DNA of 35,566 nt from Welwitschia mirabilis (lineage: Eukaryota). This document shows, piece after piece, positions 23,781 through 35,566 of the stretch; position 1 is the first letter of the stretch; each line of letters begins with the position of its first letter. The position numbers and the translations under genes are program-made. The notes under the pieces are model-generated. The model worked only from the letters and a program-made list of their open reading frames with translations. It did not search any database and had not been told where the DNA came from. The stretch lies in assembly GCA_051453625.1 (NCBI GenBank), contig JBOZIK010000001.1, positions 29,842,847-29,878,412 on the forward strand, in the 5' to 3' direction.

Positions 23781-25756
23781 ATGGACATTCCCAAACACCC
23801 TAGGTGGCTCACTTTTATTTTATCACTTATTAATGCTACCATAAGGCTCTCTCTAACATGGGAATTGCTAATTTTTTCTTTTGTAGTAACACCATCAACT
23901 ATTATAGCATTCTCAACCATATGTTTCGTTAAAAACATAGCTTTTCATCGTCAAACGAAACATATTGATATTCAATATCATGTCAACAGTAAAGCCATTG
24001 AGAAAGGATTGTGGAGATTGTCTTTAGGTGGGTGAGTGTTGTTATATCCCTTAGGCCATTGAGGTTGGCATCTTGTGTTGTGTGCTACATATGTATGTGT
24101 ACTCTGTGAAGCTTTCATTTGTAAATAAGAGCTATACGTTACTTTATCAAGGACATAGGCTAAAAATGGGGCCAAATATTGTTAATCTCATGTGTGTGTG
24201 TTTTTGTTTGCATCTATTCTTGTTTCATTGTGATGCTTGTATTTGACAACATTTATAGTAAATCTACATAAAAACTAATTTTTTTAAACATTTTCATAAT
24301 CTCATAATGGAATATTGATTCTTACATCATGAAATTGTGTTCTATGTCTTTTATTATTTTTGCAATGAAGTTCTTACGACCACTTAAACGTTGCTCAATG
24401 CTTTAGCTAAAAATGTTTTACAAGTTTTCTTCAAATTCATAGAGCTTGTTTACTAAGGTCTACTTTTCAAAGTTAGGAAGCATGATAACTACCTAGAAAC
24501 TGAGTTACCATCAAGCATAGTTGTACATCAACCATAAGCTGCAAATGGAATTTGAATAGTGATGTTATGGGCAATATGGACATACATTAGGGTTGATTTT
24601 TTGAGAAAGGTGATGCACAAAACTTAGGCATCCATGTAATGTAATCTTTTCAATGGTTACATGTTTGAGTGCCATTAGACTTGTTTTGCTAGTTTTGTTT
24701 TTTTAAACTTAAATTATATCAATGTGATATTAAGGAAACATTTTTCCTTGGTGACATAAATGATATGTTACATAACTATACATCATGTAGCACGACTCTT
24801 CGAGTCAACACGAGTCACTTGCAAGTTGATGACTCCAAAGCTTGGCGAATCACTCTCTTTGACTTGACATCCTAAAGTTGAACTTTCTTTTTAGTTAACA
24901 AAGTTCAATCTATGGTGATTGATTTACGAGTTAGGTGCGTCAAAGAATTTTTTACTCTCTTTGCATGTAATAAAGAGTCAATTTTTATTTTCTCTTATTA
25001 ATTTTTTAACTTTTTGATTAAAAAGATCCCACACTTTATGAAAGTGTAAATATATGATTATGTATTGGGTTTTAACACTTCATTTCCCATTTTAGACAAT
25101 CCATTAGCTTATTACTTATTTGATTGGACTTTGCATATTTGAAATGAATATTTATGTATAATATGTTTTGTTCTTAATAAGATAATATGTTCATTGGCCA
25201 ATGGGATGATAGTGCAACGAGTCAAACAGTCACACTTCATATAAGAGGTGGGTTTGAACCTTTGGATGTCTTCCTTGACATCTGTGAGGCATCAGGCATA
25301 ATTAAAACATTTGTTTGGCATTGGGCATAATTAAGACATTTGTTTGAGTGATCATGGTAGTCTTAGTCTAAAGAGAGACAAGGTCAGTAAATAGTTTCAA
25401 GTTCAACATCTCTACAAACAACGTGTCCATTGACTGATTCTATGATTCGATAAAAAAGCTTCATATTACACTTGGCTTTCCATATTGGTTATGTGCAATT
25501 GCGTCTCCGCAGTCATTTAAATTCATTTGTCTATCATTGCAATGTGTTAAAGTTGTATGTTATACACTTTAAAAAAAATTAATCATCCATAAAACATTAA
25601 TATTATGTTAGTTTTTCATTTTTTTTGTTTGACTCTTTTTTTATTCTTTTGTGTAAACAAGTCAAAATCAAGTGAATCGACAACTCAATGAGTTACTCAT
25701 GAGTTGTGAGGTAATTTTCAGCTTTCTCGGTGCATTAGGAGTCATAAGTCATATTA

Positions 25757-26317
25757 CCTTGCATTACGTCAAACAACGAAACAGATATATGGAAGTAGTG
25801 AGATTCAGTGTCTTGGGTTCGAGTCCTATAGTGTGTAGACCGACTTGTGGTTCTATCTATCTATTTAAGGCACAATTGATGTAGCTTGAGCGTCTTAGGT
25901 ACAAATTATAGATGTGACTTGGAGATTTGGTGGCAAGCTTCTAGGGTTGCTAGTTGTGCCATGTGTTTTCATCTGGCCAAGAAGAACAAAGAATGTGGTG
26001 AATAAAGCTTAGTGCATAGCATAGGTGGTTCAGCCCATGTTTATAAGGTGGGAGCTTCAACATCTTGGGTTCAGATGCTGTAGTGTGTCAACTGGCCTAT
26101 GGTTCCTATTTATGTATTCAAAGCACACTCAAGCATGGGCTTTAATGTCTTATGTATGAATCACAAGTAAGACCTAAGACATTTGGTGGCAAACTCCTAT
26201 GCTAAGTAAAACAATGACCCAAGTGAGTGAGGCATGGTTTCTTATTAATTTACTTACTCAAAAAAGAATTTGGTGAGTGCCGTATGGTTCCTTACAAATT
26301 AGCTTCTTCCCAAAAAA
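25757..26317 (+). mobile_element. SINE copy C, interrupted by nested copy D; start approximate
   Basis: Perfect B box GGTTCGAGTCC at 25816-25826. The body resembles copy A up to ~26003 and resumes at 26279 to an A tail at 26312-26317. Confidence 0.65.
26004..26262 (+). mobile_element. SINE copy D, nested in copy C
   Basis: A box TAGCATAGGTGG (26017-26028), B-box-like GGTTCAGATGC (26068-26078), A tail, TSD AAAGAATGTGGTGAAT / AAAGAATTTGGTGAGT. Confidence 0.75.
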
Positions 26318-26419
26318 GTAATTATAGAATTTGATATGCAAGTTAAATAGAGAGATCTTGAGCTTGAAGTTAACATCTAGATGTTAGTGTATTTTGGTTT
26401 CCTTCATGATAACCATGGG

Positions 26420-27050
26420 TATTGATGAAAGTGAAGTTAACATCCTTGCCTACATTTTGAGGTATTTTAGTACTAATTGATATTGATGTGATTAGTGGTG
26501 GTCCTTATGATGCATGTATCATGGCTAGGAAATTTCAACTAAATGATTTGACATCTTTTTAATCATATTCTTGGAATTAGTGTTTTTGGAAGTGTAGAGG
26601 ATAGGAAACTTAAGATTACTCAAGGAATCTGTGTAAATGTTTTGTCACATATCAGTAAGTAAAACATGAAGCTGAAGAAAATGTCAGTCAATGTACAGAT
26701 GGAATCGTCTTAAAAACATTGGTCTAGTACCAATTCAATGAAGGTATTCACTAGGTTACACAACCATTAGGAGCAGTTGACACATGCATAGTGAATCCTT
26801 CATGTGAATTTCTGGCCGATGTTAAGTTGATTCTTCAATGTATGAGCTTTTTTTTTTTTTTTTTTGATTTCACTATTGGATATGTTGGGAGTGAGTTGCA
26901 AACTCCTGGTATTTAGATGCATGTTTTGTAAGTGACTGTGTTAGGAGATCCTCTATGAGGAATGTCTTCTGCTTACCAGGTGCTGCATCAGGTTGGCTCA
27001 ATAGTACATTTTGCTACACTACTTTGTTGTGGTGCCCTAGGAAGCAACAG
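26420..27050 (+). mobile_element. Second very old Ty1/copia RT-RNase H remnant
   Basis: Fragments KFQLNDL...ILGISV...DRKLKITQ (compare EFEMKDLG...ILGMEI.RDR...LSQ) and NVFCLPGAASGW (compare GYVFTLAGGAISW). Confidence 0.55.
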
Positions 27051-28662
27051 TTTAGCAATCTTGATCACACTACTAAAAAGAAGAAGAAGCAGAAGGAGAA
27101 GAAGAAGAAAGTGAAATTTACGTAACAAATTTCTTCTCATTATCCAGTCTAAGGCATTTAAAAGTTGTACCCTTCCAATTCTCTAACAAAGCTTCAAACT
27201 TCTTGAAACATGGAAGCCCTGTAATTCCTTTGTAAGTATATAAAGCCATGTATTCTATGAAAAACCATGGTTAAGTAAAATGAAGAAGGAAATACCTTTA
27301 AGGGGCATTGTTGGTGCTTCTTGAGTGTTCAAATGAATTTCAAGCAAAGCAATGATGATTCTAGCACCACTGGAGGAAAAGTGTGATCCATTTTGCTGAG
27401 TAGAGAGAAAGTGCTCACAGTCAATTAAATGAAGAGACTCTTATATTGACAAAAGTTTTCTATCAGGTATTACAATCATATCATGCTTGTAATTACAAAG
27501 CATACGCAATCTTCTTAATTTATTTCGTTTCAACATAACCAAAAGCTCCTTTGATAATACTGCTGCTTATTAGATGCCAGTACTTTTTATGAACCGTTCT
27601 GGTTATGACATAAAGGATCTTTCAATACAACATGCTGCGGGCTCCTATGTGCTTGTATTTGTGTAGGCTGGGCATATAAATATCAAAGGCTTTCATTTTA
27701 CAAGTTCCTCGAGCCATAGTTGCATCCTTTGGGCAGAGAAACCACTGCCACATACAAGGAACTATATGGTCAATTGTAAGCTCACTTCTGATCATCCAAT
27801 GAATAAAGGGCTGCTAAATTCAGTATGCCGTGTGCTTCCACATCTTTTGGAATGAAAATGTTTTTCATCATCATTGATCCAAACCATGTCGTTTGGTTCT
27901 TTTCCTGTTTTTCACTAAATGGTAATCTTATTTATTCAGAGAAACTAACTGTTCTGCCTGGATACATTTTTGGATGAGTTCTGTGCCTATGGCATTTATA
28001 GAGGATCTCAAATTTTTAATTGAAATATATATCTTCCTAGAAATCATTTAAGTGTTATGTTTCCAAAATTAGTACTGTAATAGGCTAGGAAAGTGTACAA
28101 TGGAATAGTTTTCTCTTTGTTTCTAAATGCAAATCCTGGGATCTTCATTTAGATAAAGAAAAGTTTATTATGTAAGACAGTTGTGAGAGCCTGCTTTGAA
28201 GAAACAAGCTGCTTATTTTAATGCTTTTCTATTGTGATTAAATTCTCACACTGGACAGAAACAGCTTTTATCTGTATAACTTTGAACACCATTAATCTGA
28301 AGCTTTGTTAACTTCTGAAGCTTTATTGGACAGCTGATAAGCTGTGGAAACTATGGCAAATTCAAGTAGTGCCTGTACTGAAACGGTGATGAAAGGGAAA
28401 ATTTCTCTGTTGAACTATTGCTATTATTCTAACTTATGGACTGCTTCGGAAATAAAGTGGATCATGTTTCAAGTGGAGTTTATTATTAGTTTATTACATT
28501 TCTTATTCTCATCTTACTTTCATTTTGACAAATACAGTATTTATCAAATCTCATGGAACATGAGGAACCTTCACTTACTTTTATGTGCTTTGTAGCTTTC
28601 TGTAAAAGTTTTCAGGGTGGAATTCGCCAATAATCACACTTAAACCATGATCTTATGTGCAG

Positions 28663-29987
28663 CTTTAGGGTTGATGGAAATGAATTTGACAGCAGTCATA
28701 GGTCCACAGTACTCTGTGCTTGCACATATTGTTTCTCATATAGCGACTCACTTAAAAGTACCTCTAATATCATTTGCTGCTACTGACCCAACTCTTACAT
28801 CTTATGAATACCCTTACTTCATCCGTATGACCCACAATGATTATTTCCAAATGGGAGCCATTGCTGACTTTGTTGGGTACTTTGGCTGGAAGCAAGTGGT
28901 GGCTATTTATATAGATGATGACTATGGAAGAAACGGTATTTCTGCTTTAGGAGATGCTCTTTTAAGTGTGGGAGCTAAGATTACCAGGAAAGAAGCTCTG
29001 ATCCCTGGAATCGATCAGGAAGGTCTGAGCAGCATCTTAGCTAAGCTAATTTTGATGGAGACAAGAATTTTTGTCGTTCATATGAATTCAAACACTGGCA
29101 TTCAACTTTTCTCTGCGGCCAAAAATGTTGGAATGCTTGGCAATGGCTACGTCTGGATAGTAACGGATTGGCTTTCTTCTGTTCTGGACTCTGGTTTAAT
29201 AGAACCTGAAGGCATGTCCTCCTTTCAAGGTTTAGTTGCACTGCGACCACATTTTCATGACTCCCAAAAGCAGTATTCCTTGAAGCAAAGATGGAAGACC
29301 TTGCAGAAGGAACACAGGATTAACGTGTCGTTGAACTCTTTTGGCCTGTATGCTTATGACAGTGTATGGATGATTGCTTATGCAATTGACAGTTTTCTGA
29401 ACCAAGGTGCAACGTTTACTTTTGTACAACAGTCTGATCTACTACACACAAATGGAAGTAAATCAGATTTAGCAACGTTAAAGGTACTTGATGAAGGGCC
29501 ACAAGTGCTTAAAACCATTTTGAAGTCTAAGTTTGATGGTGTGACAGGTCCTATACAATTGGATTCAAAACGTGACCTACTGTTTTCGAGTTACGAAATT
29601 ATCAATATTGCTGGGACAGGTTATCGCAGGATTGGGTATTGGTCAAATGATACTGGCCTATCTGTTACCCCTCCAGAAGCTACATCCCCTCTAAAGCGCC
29701 CAAAAAATGGTACAATGCCCAAATTACATGACGTAATATGGCCTGGTGAAAGCAAATCAGTTCCTCGGGGTTGGGTTCTTCCTGAAAATGGTCGACAGCT
29801 TGTGATTGGTGTGCCAAGAAAGTCAGGATTTAGGGAATTTGTGACAATAGCAGAGGATGGCACTGCTAGAGGATTCTGTATTGATGTGTTTGCTGCTGCT
29901 GTAAATCTACTGCCTTACAGTTTCCAGTACACATTCATGCCTTATTCACCCGACTATGATAAACTTGTGGATCAGCTGGCACGAAAG
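28663..29987 (+). CDS. GLR3: GLR3 exon 2: amino-terminal domain and start of S1
   Basis: AVIGPQYS, SFAATDPTL, DDDYGRNGI, GYVWIVTDWL, GLYAYDSVW, PRGWV, GFCIDVF; donor AAG|GTGAG, phase 0. Confidence 0.97.
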
Positions 29988-30053
29988 GTGAGCATCCGTG
30001 TTAAAAAATTTACAAATAAATTCTTAGATAGTACTGATAGGAAACCGCAATAG

Positions 30054-30419
<366 letters not shown>

Positions 30420-30640
30420 TAATTGTGTGTTAGAATTCAAAATTTATATGCATAGTATCCTGTCCTTTGCTCAGAGGTTTCTACTACCAAATAACTTCTT
30501 TGTTCTTTGGGAGTGACGTTGAAGAACAGATTCGAGTCAGTGTAACTGAAATATATCAATTAGATTTGCAGTTGATTTCTCATTGGTTCGAAAAATGCAA
30601 AATAAGTATCCTGACTATTTGTGAAACCTCTTATGTGCAG

Positions 30641-30672
30641 GTTTTCATTTTCTACCCTTTTTTTTGCCCACA
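30641..30672 (+). CDS. GLR3: GLR3 exon 4: 32-bp pore-loop micro-exon
   Basis: GTGCAG|G TTT TCA TTT TCT ACC CTT TTT TTT GCC CAC A|GTAAGT encodes (W)FSFSTLFFAH(R). Confidence 0.95.
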
Positions 30673-30895
30673 GTAAGTGTCTACACCCTTTGAATTCATT
30701 CCATTCCTTTATGTTTTAGCCGTGTTATTTTTCAACTTCAATACCCAAATTGAGCTCCTAGACAATAAATGATATTTTTTAAAGGAGAAACGGCCATCAC
30801 TGATCTGATTAAATTCTAGCAGCTAGTTATTATTTGAGTGCTGCTGTTAAATTCTTAGCGGTGAGAGTCACCTTCAATTCCGTGCTTTTGTTCAG

Positions 30896-31302
30896 GAGAG
30901 AACACCCTCAGCACACTCGGGCGAGGCGTTTTACTGGTTTGGCTGTTTGTAGTTCTAATCATCAATTCCAGTTATACAGCTAGTCTAACATCAATTCTTA
31001 CAGTTCAACAACTTTCACCCACAATCCAAGGAATTGATGGGCTGATCTCTAGCACTGATCCCATAGGCTATCAAGCGGGATCCTTTGTTGCAGGCTATCT
31101 TTCACAAGAATTCAACATTGCGAAATCCAGATTAGTACCCCTTGATTCCCCAGAGAGCTACAATACAGCATTGACACTGGGTCCTGATAAGGGAGGGGTG
31201 TCTGCAGTTGTTGATGAACTTCCCTATATCCAGTTGTTCCAATCCAAGTACTGTGGATACACAACAGTGGGCCAAGAATTTACAAAGAGTGGATGGGGAT
31301 TT
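30896..31302 (+). CDS. GLR3: GLR3 exon 5: M3 and S2
   Basis: ENTLSTLGR...[25 protein letters not shown]...AVVDELPY...[14 protein letters not shown]| acceptor and |GTGAGT donor. Confidence 0.97.
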
Positions 31303-31351
31303 GTGAGTTGCTCTTCTCATGATCATCTGTGGTTCATTTTTTTTCAACTAG

Positions 31352-31966
<615 letters not shown>

Positions 31967-33879
31967 ACATTACTAACATCCACTATACAGGAATTCTAGT
32001 ATGTGTTGTCTGTTGGAAATCCATGTATATCATATGGTTTTTCTTTTTGCTGGAATTCTACACATTCTTATGTTTTCGTTATTTAAGATCTGCTCAATCG
32101 ATAAAGCTCCTGGAGAGAACACTTCTTAAAGGTTACTGAGTTCAACCCTGTATAGCTGGTGAATTTACAGTTGACTAGAGATTGCAGATGTAACACTTTA
32201 AAACATGGAATGAGAAAAAGCATGTCATGAAACTGAACTGTCCAAGAAACTCGCGCCAACACAGAAAGATGGGATTTTCTGTAAGGGCATGCTGAGACAT
32301 GCGAATCAGTGAATTGCTTTTTGTTTTTTTTATTTGGCGTGTAAATCTGTCTACATTTCTTGGGAGGGAGCCTCCATAGTTGGTTTCCTTGGCAATCTAT
32401 TTGTTGAAATATCAATCTTCACTGACATCTGATCTTCTTAACTTAAACTTGAGTGGGTGAGGTACAAGAATAGTTGCTGTATTATTGGCTGAGGTTGATT
32501 ATTCAGCTTATTAACGTGGAATACAAAATCAAAGTAATTATAGGAGAACCATAATTTTATTACCAGTGAAGAGTTATAAGGTTAGTATGGATAGAACCCG
32601 AGGACAAAACAGGTGATATGCAAAACTGATGTCATTACTTCTAGTATTACTATGATTATTTATATGTTGATTCCAAATGACTTCTAATCCTCCTATTATG
32701 ATTAATAACTGGCCACTTAAATAAATGAATTTAGCAAATACATGATAGTTTTTGATGAATTAGTGTGTGAAAAAAGAAAAGAATAGGTGCTCCCCAGTTA
32801 TGAAAGTCAGATGAATCTGTTCATTTTGGGTGAGTAGTATCAATCAATAAGTATCGATAAGGTAAGATAAAGAAAACATAATTTAGAAGTTAGGTATTAC
32901 AAAACTCACATTTATAACATATATGTTAATTTACATTTAATGAATGCTTTCATCCTCATTTGACAACCATCATAGAGCTTTCTTATGCAAAATTGAATCA
33001 AAATCGGTTATATGTACTATGTATGTTGTCTTGTGGTATATTTTCAAATATTCATATTTATTATTTGAGATAATGACTTCTTTTTATTTAAAGTAATTAT
33101 AAGTATCTTTGATAATCACTCTATTTGTTTAAGATTGCAACATGACATCAAAGTTAATTTTTTACAGCGTGGAGAAACTAAGGTAAACAGCTTCTTGTGA
33201 TGGTGATTATGCTTGATCATGTAATATTGTACTTAAGAGAGCTATGTCCTTTGCCATACTAAGGCCTTTTTCCCCTATGAGAAGATTGTCCCAAAATAAG
33301 TTTTCTAAGGGAGTCAAAATTAAAGGCACCAAATTCTATAGCTAAGACTACTAGAGTTCTAGGAATGATATCAAGAATTTAAAAAGGAACACCAGTGTCA
33401 AACAGAACTCATTGGAATTTTAGATATCAAATCTTTGATCTTTTAACTAATGTGACCTATAGCATTGGTTCCATTTCAGGTAAATTTTGAATGGAAGATT
33501 GTAAATCATTTTATAAGAGGACTTACCTTTGAAACCAAACCAGTCATCATTGTCATTTACTTAAAGCTTCCATGTATAAATATAGAGTTTCCATAATTGT
33601 AGAGGTCCATTTTTGTCCTCCATTTGTAGTAAATCAAGTGGTTTACCGTGTTTTTGAGTAGTATACTACTAGATATCCTACATTCTATAGCATTCAGGGG
33701 ACATATACGGCCACATATGTAGGAGGTATTATTATTTGATCCATTTAGAATGCCAAAAGATAACTCACAATGACCCCAAAATAGTAATATAAGCATTTCA
33801 TATTCCATTTCTAAAAAATACAATCCTTTTGGGTTTCATGCCACATCAAATTTGACAATACTGTATTCAAGGTGTAGGT

Positions 33880-35566
33880 TCATGAGTGATGTATTTTTGA
33901 AAGTTGTCTATAAAGAAAAAGATTGTTTTAACATCTTTATCTTTTTTGTACACCTAGTCCCTTAGCTTGTTTTGGTTTTGTAATGGGATCTTGATTAGCA
34001 AGATGAATTCATGCTCTGCATCGATAGCTGTTGTGTTGCCAATCTATGGTTATTTGATAGGGTTTTATAAGCTATTTAGCAGGACATTTACACAAGTTTA
34101 GATGCACTTCTGAGAATTTTGGAGAATTAATGTAAGATGTCTGAAATGTGCAATTCTTTACAAGATTTAAGGCATTTATGACGCATTCTAATACTCATGG
34201 TTGTGGAAGAATATTTCTGATAGAAAAGGCTAGCTTCTGCTGACTTGGATGTTAAAGAAGAGTGTCGTCCCCTCTGTCGTCCCCATGACAGCAAGGACGA
34301 CGACATCATTAGATTCCGACATGGCTAGTGAATCATCTGTTGAGTTATCTGTTGAGTCATCTTTTGTAAGGAAGTGTCATCCTCTCCATCATCCGGACGA
34401 CAGTCAGGACAACACTAACAATGTAACCGTCTCCGATAACCGACCTTGACTGGTTCGTCAGTTTCTTATCTGTAAAAGAGCGTTTATTGCAGCAGCTTCT
34501 GTTTGTCGTTTTCTAGTCTATAACCCTATAAATAAGTCGCCCTTCGACTCTCCTCTCTATCTTCGTTACACTGGCAATTCTCGTGACTGGAGATCGAAGG
34601 GTGGGAGATTCATCTCGAGAGTTGTAGAAAGAGATTCCCTTAGTGGAGGACTGTGCATCCTTCATTGCGGCCCGACTGTTTTGTAACCCAGATGTTGTTA
34701 CTTTTAATATAAACTTTGTTTTCATATTTGTCTATTAGTTTGTCAGATGTTCCTTATGGTTTATGTTACTTTTGATCTGGTGACAATTTCATTGGTGTTA
34801 TAGATCATTAAGGGCAGCCTTTATTAAGGCTGAAAAGAAGTAGTTTAGTTTCATTTTGCATTGCATTTAGTTAATTGTGTTATGTATTTGCATTGCATCT
34901 TTTATTTCTTACATTCTTATTTACTTCTTGTTACTATTTCTTTTGTGAAAAGCAATCCTTAGTCTCATTTCATAGTCTTCAACGAGAATATGACATTCGG
35001 GTTTACTTCTAATTATATTAGTGTGTTGTCTTGTGCAAAAATATCTATTTTATTTATGAATGATAGAATCCTCTTAAATATAAATGCTTACACAAATACA
35101 TATCGCAAACAATTGGCGCCGTTGCCAGGAAGGCTACTGAAGAGCACGAGGATTGTCGTCGTTCAGGTGAGTACATCGGATTTTCTGTTTGGTTATTTAT
35201 TTGTAGCAATGTATTTTAGATAGGAACCGTAGGTTTTGTTTGCAGTTTTTCAGATTTTCAGTTTCAGTAGTAAAATAACCATCGTGCCCTTTGTCGTCCC
35301 CATGGCAGTCAGGACGACAGTCTATGATTTCAATTTTCATTTTCGGATTTCGATTTTTTGTAATAAAATCGGTCTCTGTCATCTCCTTTGTCGTCTGGAC
35401 AACCAGGAAGACGACAACTTGTGTTTTTCCAATTTTTGGCTTTTTACTCTGATAAGTTTTTGTTTGCTGCCCTTTGTGTTTGTCGTCCCTGTTGGAAGTG
35501 AAGCCAAATCTCTTGATATTATTTATTCCTTTATAGTGTGACTTTATATATTTTATACAGTCCCTT
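33880..35566 (+). mobile_element. Athila-type gypsy element: ~1.2-kb 5' LTR (start approximate, end 35111), PBS and leader, running off the window
   Basis: LTR ends AACA at 35111, has CTATAAATA at 34526-34534, and is followed by an Asp PBS. Confidence 0.8.
35114..35130 (+). promoter_or_regulatory. Primer-binding site for tRNA-Asp
   Basis: TGGCGCCGTTGCCAGGA versus the canonical Athila PBS TGGCGCCGTTGCCGGGGA. Confidence 0.88.

Larger units (their letters stand above)
19280..24030 (+). mobile_element. Highly decayed Ty1/copia remnant (INT-RT-RNase H) interrupted by later insertions; boundaries approximate
   Basis: RLGHIG (~20151), VCEFCQ, LELVHSDL, NQGREYVNMEFQKYLNDHGIRHE, GIDYNEAF, LYGLK, FHRQTKHIDIQYH (~23942), in copia domain order. 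No LTR pair was recognised. Confidence 0.85.
9669..28662 (+). other. GLR intron 1 (18,994 bp including N gaps)
   Basis: GT at 9669, TGCAG ending at 28662. Splicing gives FLGTEA-A-LGLMEMNLTAVIGPQ, the continuous GLR motif. Confidence 0.9.

Noticed and set aside
24783-25722. Non-autonomous hAT/MITE suggested by clustered GAGTCA/GACTC motifs at both ends
   Set aside because: No convincing terminal inverted repeats or TSD were found by eye.
25770-25850. tRNA gene suggested by the perfect GGTTCGAGTCC B box
   Set aside because: No cloverleaf could be formed, and the sequence continues into a repeated body with an A tail, so it is a SINE head.
27130-27640. LINE 3' (zf-RVT-like) remnant on the - strand
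   Set aside because: Only a faint FCQY...ESLHLI.C resemblance, with no tail or TSD; too weak to call.
28344-28662. ORF 28344-28595 and the ATG at 28647 as the GLR start
   Set aside because: Intronic sequence with no GLR similarity. The true N-terminus is exon 1 at 9401, which splices in frame at 28663.

Overview
Eukaryotic, AT-rich land-plant DNA; the very long TE-filled intron suggests a large-genome seed plant, possibly a gymnosperm (inference). The window holds one intact gene, a clade-3-like glutamate receptor-like channel (GLR3; + strand, 6 coding exons, 9401..31966, 2832 nt, 943 aa). Its first intron is 18,994 bp and packed with mobile DNA. The most unusual item is in that intron: an antisense Ty3/gypsy chromovirus (10014..17827, TSD ACAAA) with three LTRs. 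The internal LTR has lost its AATAAA and TATA motifs. It is followed, 5 nt later, by a captured genomic piece of a 60S acidic ribosomal protein P0 gene (coding exon plus intron start), and then by a second copy of the integrase/chromodomain end. This looks like a read-through (3') transduction event, although one junction lies in an N gap. The intron also has two decayed Ty1/copia remnants and four copies of a tRNA-derived SINE, one nested inside another. The flanks contain LTR and CACTA-like debris on the left and an Athila-type LTR with a tRNA-Asp PBS on the right. All alignments and counts were done by eye.
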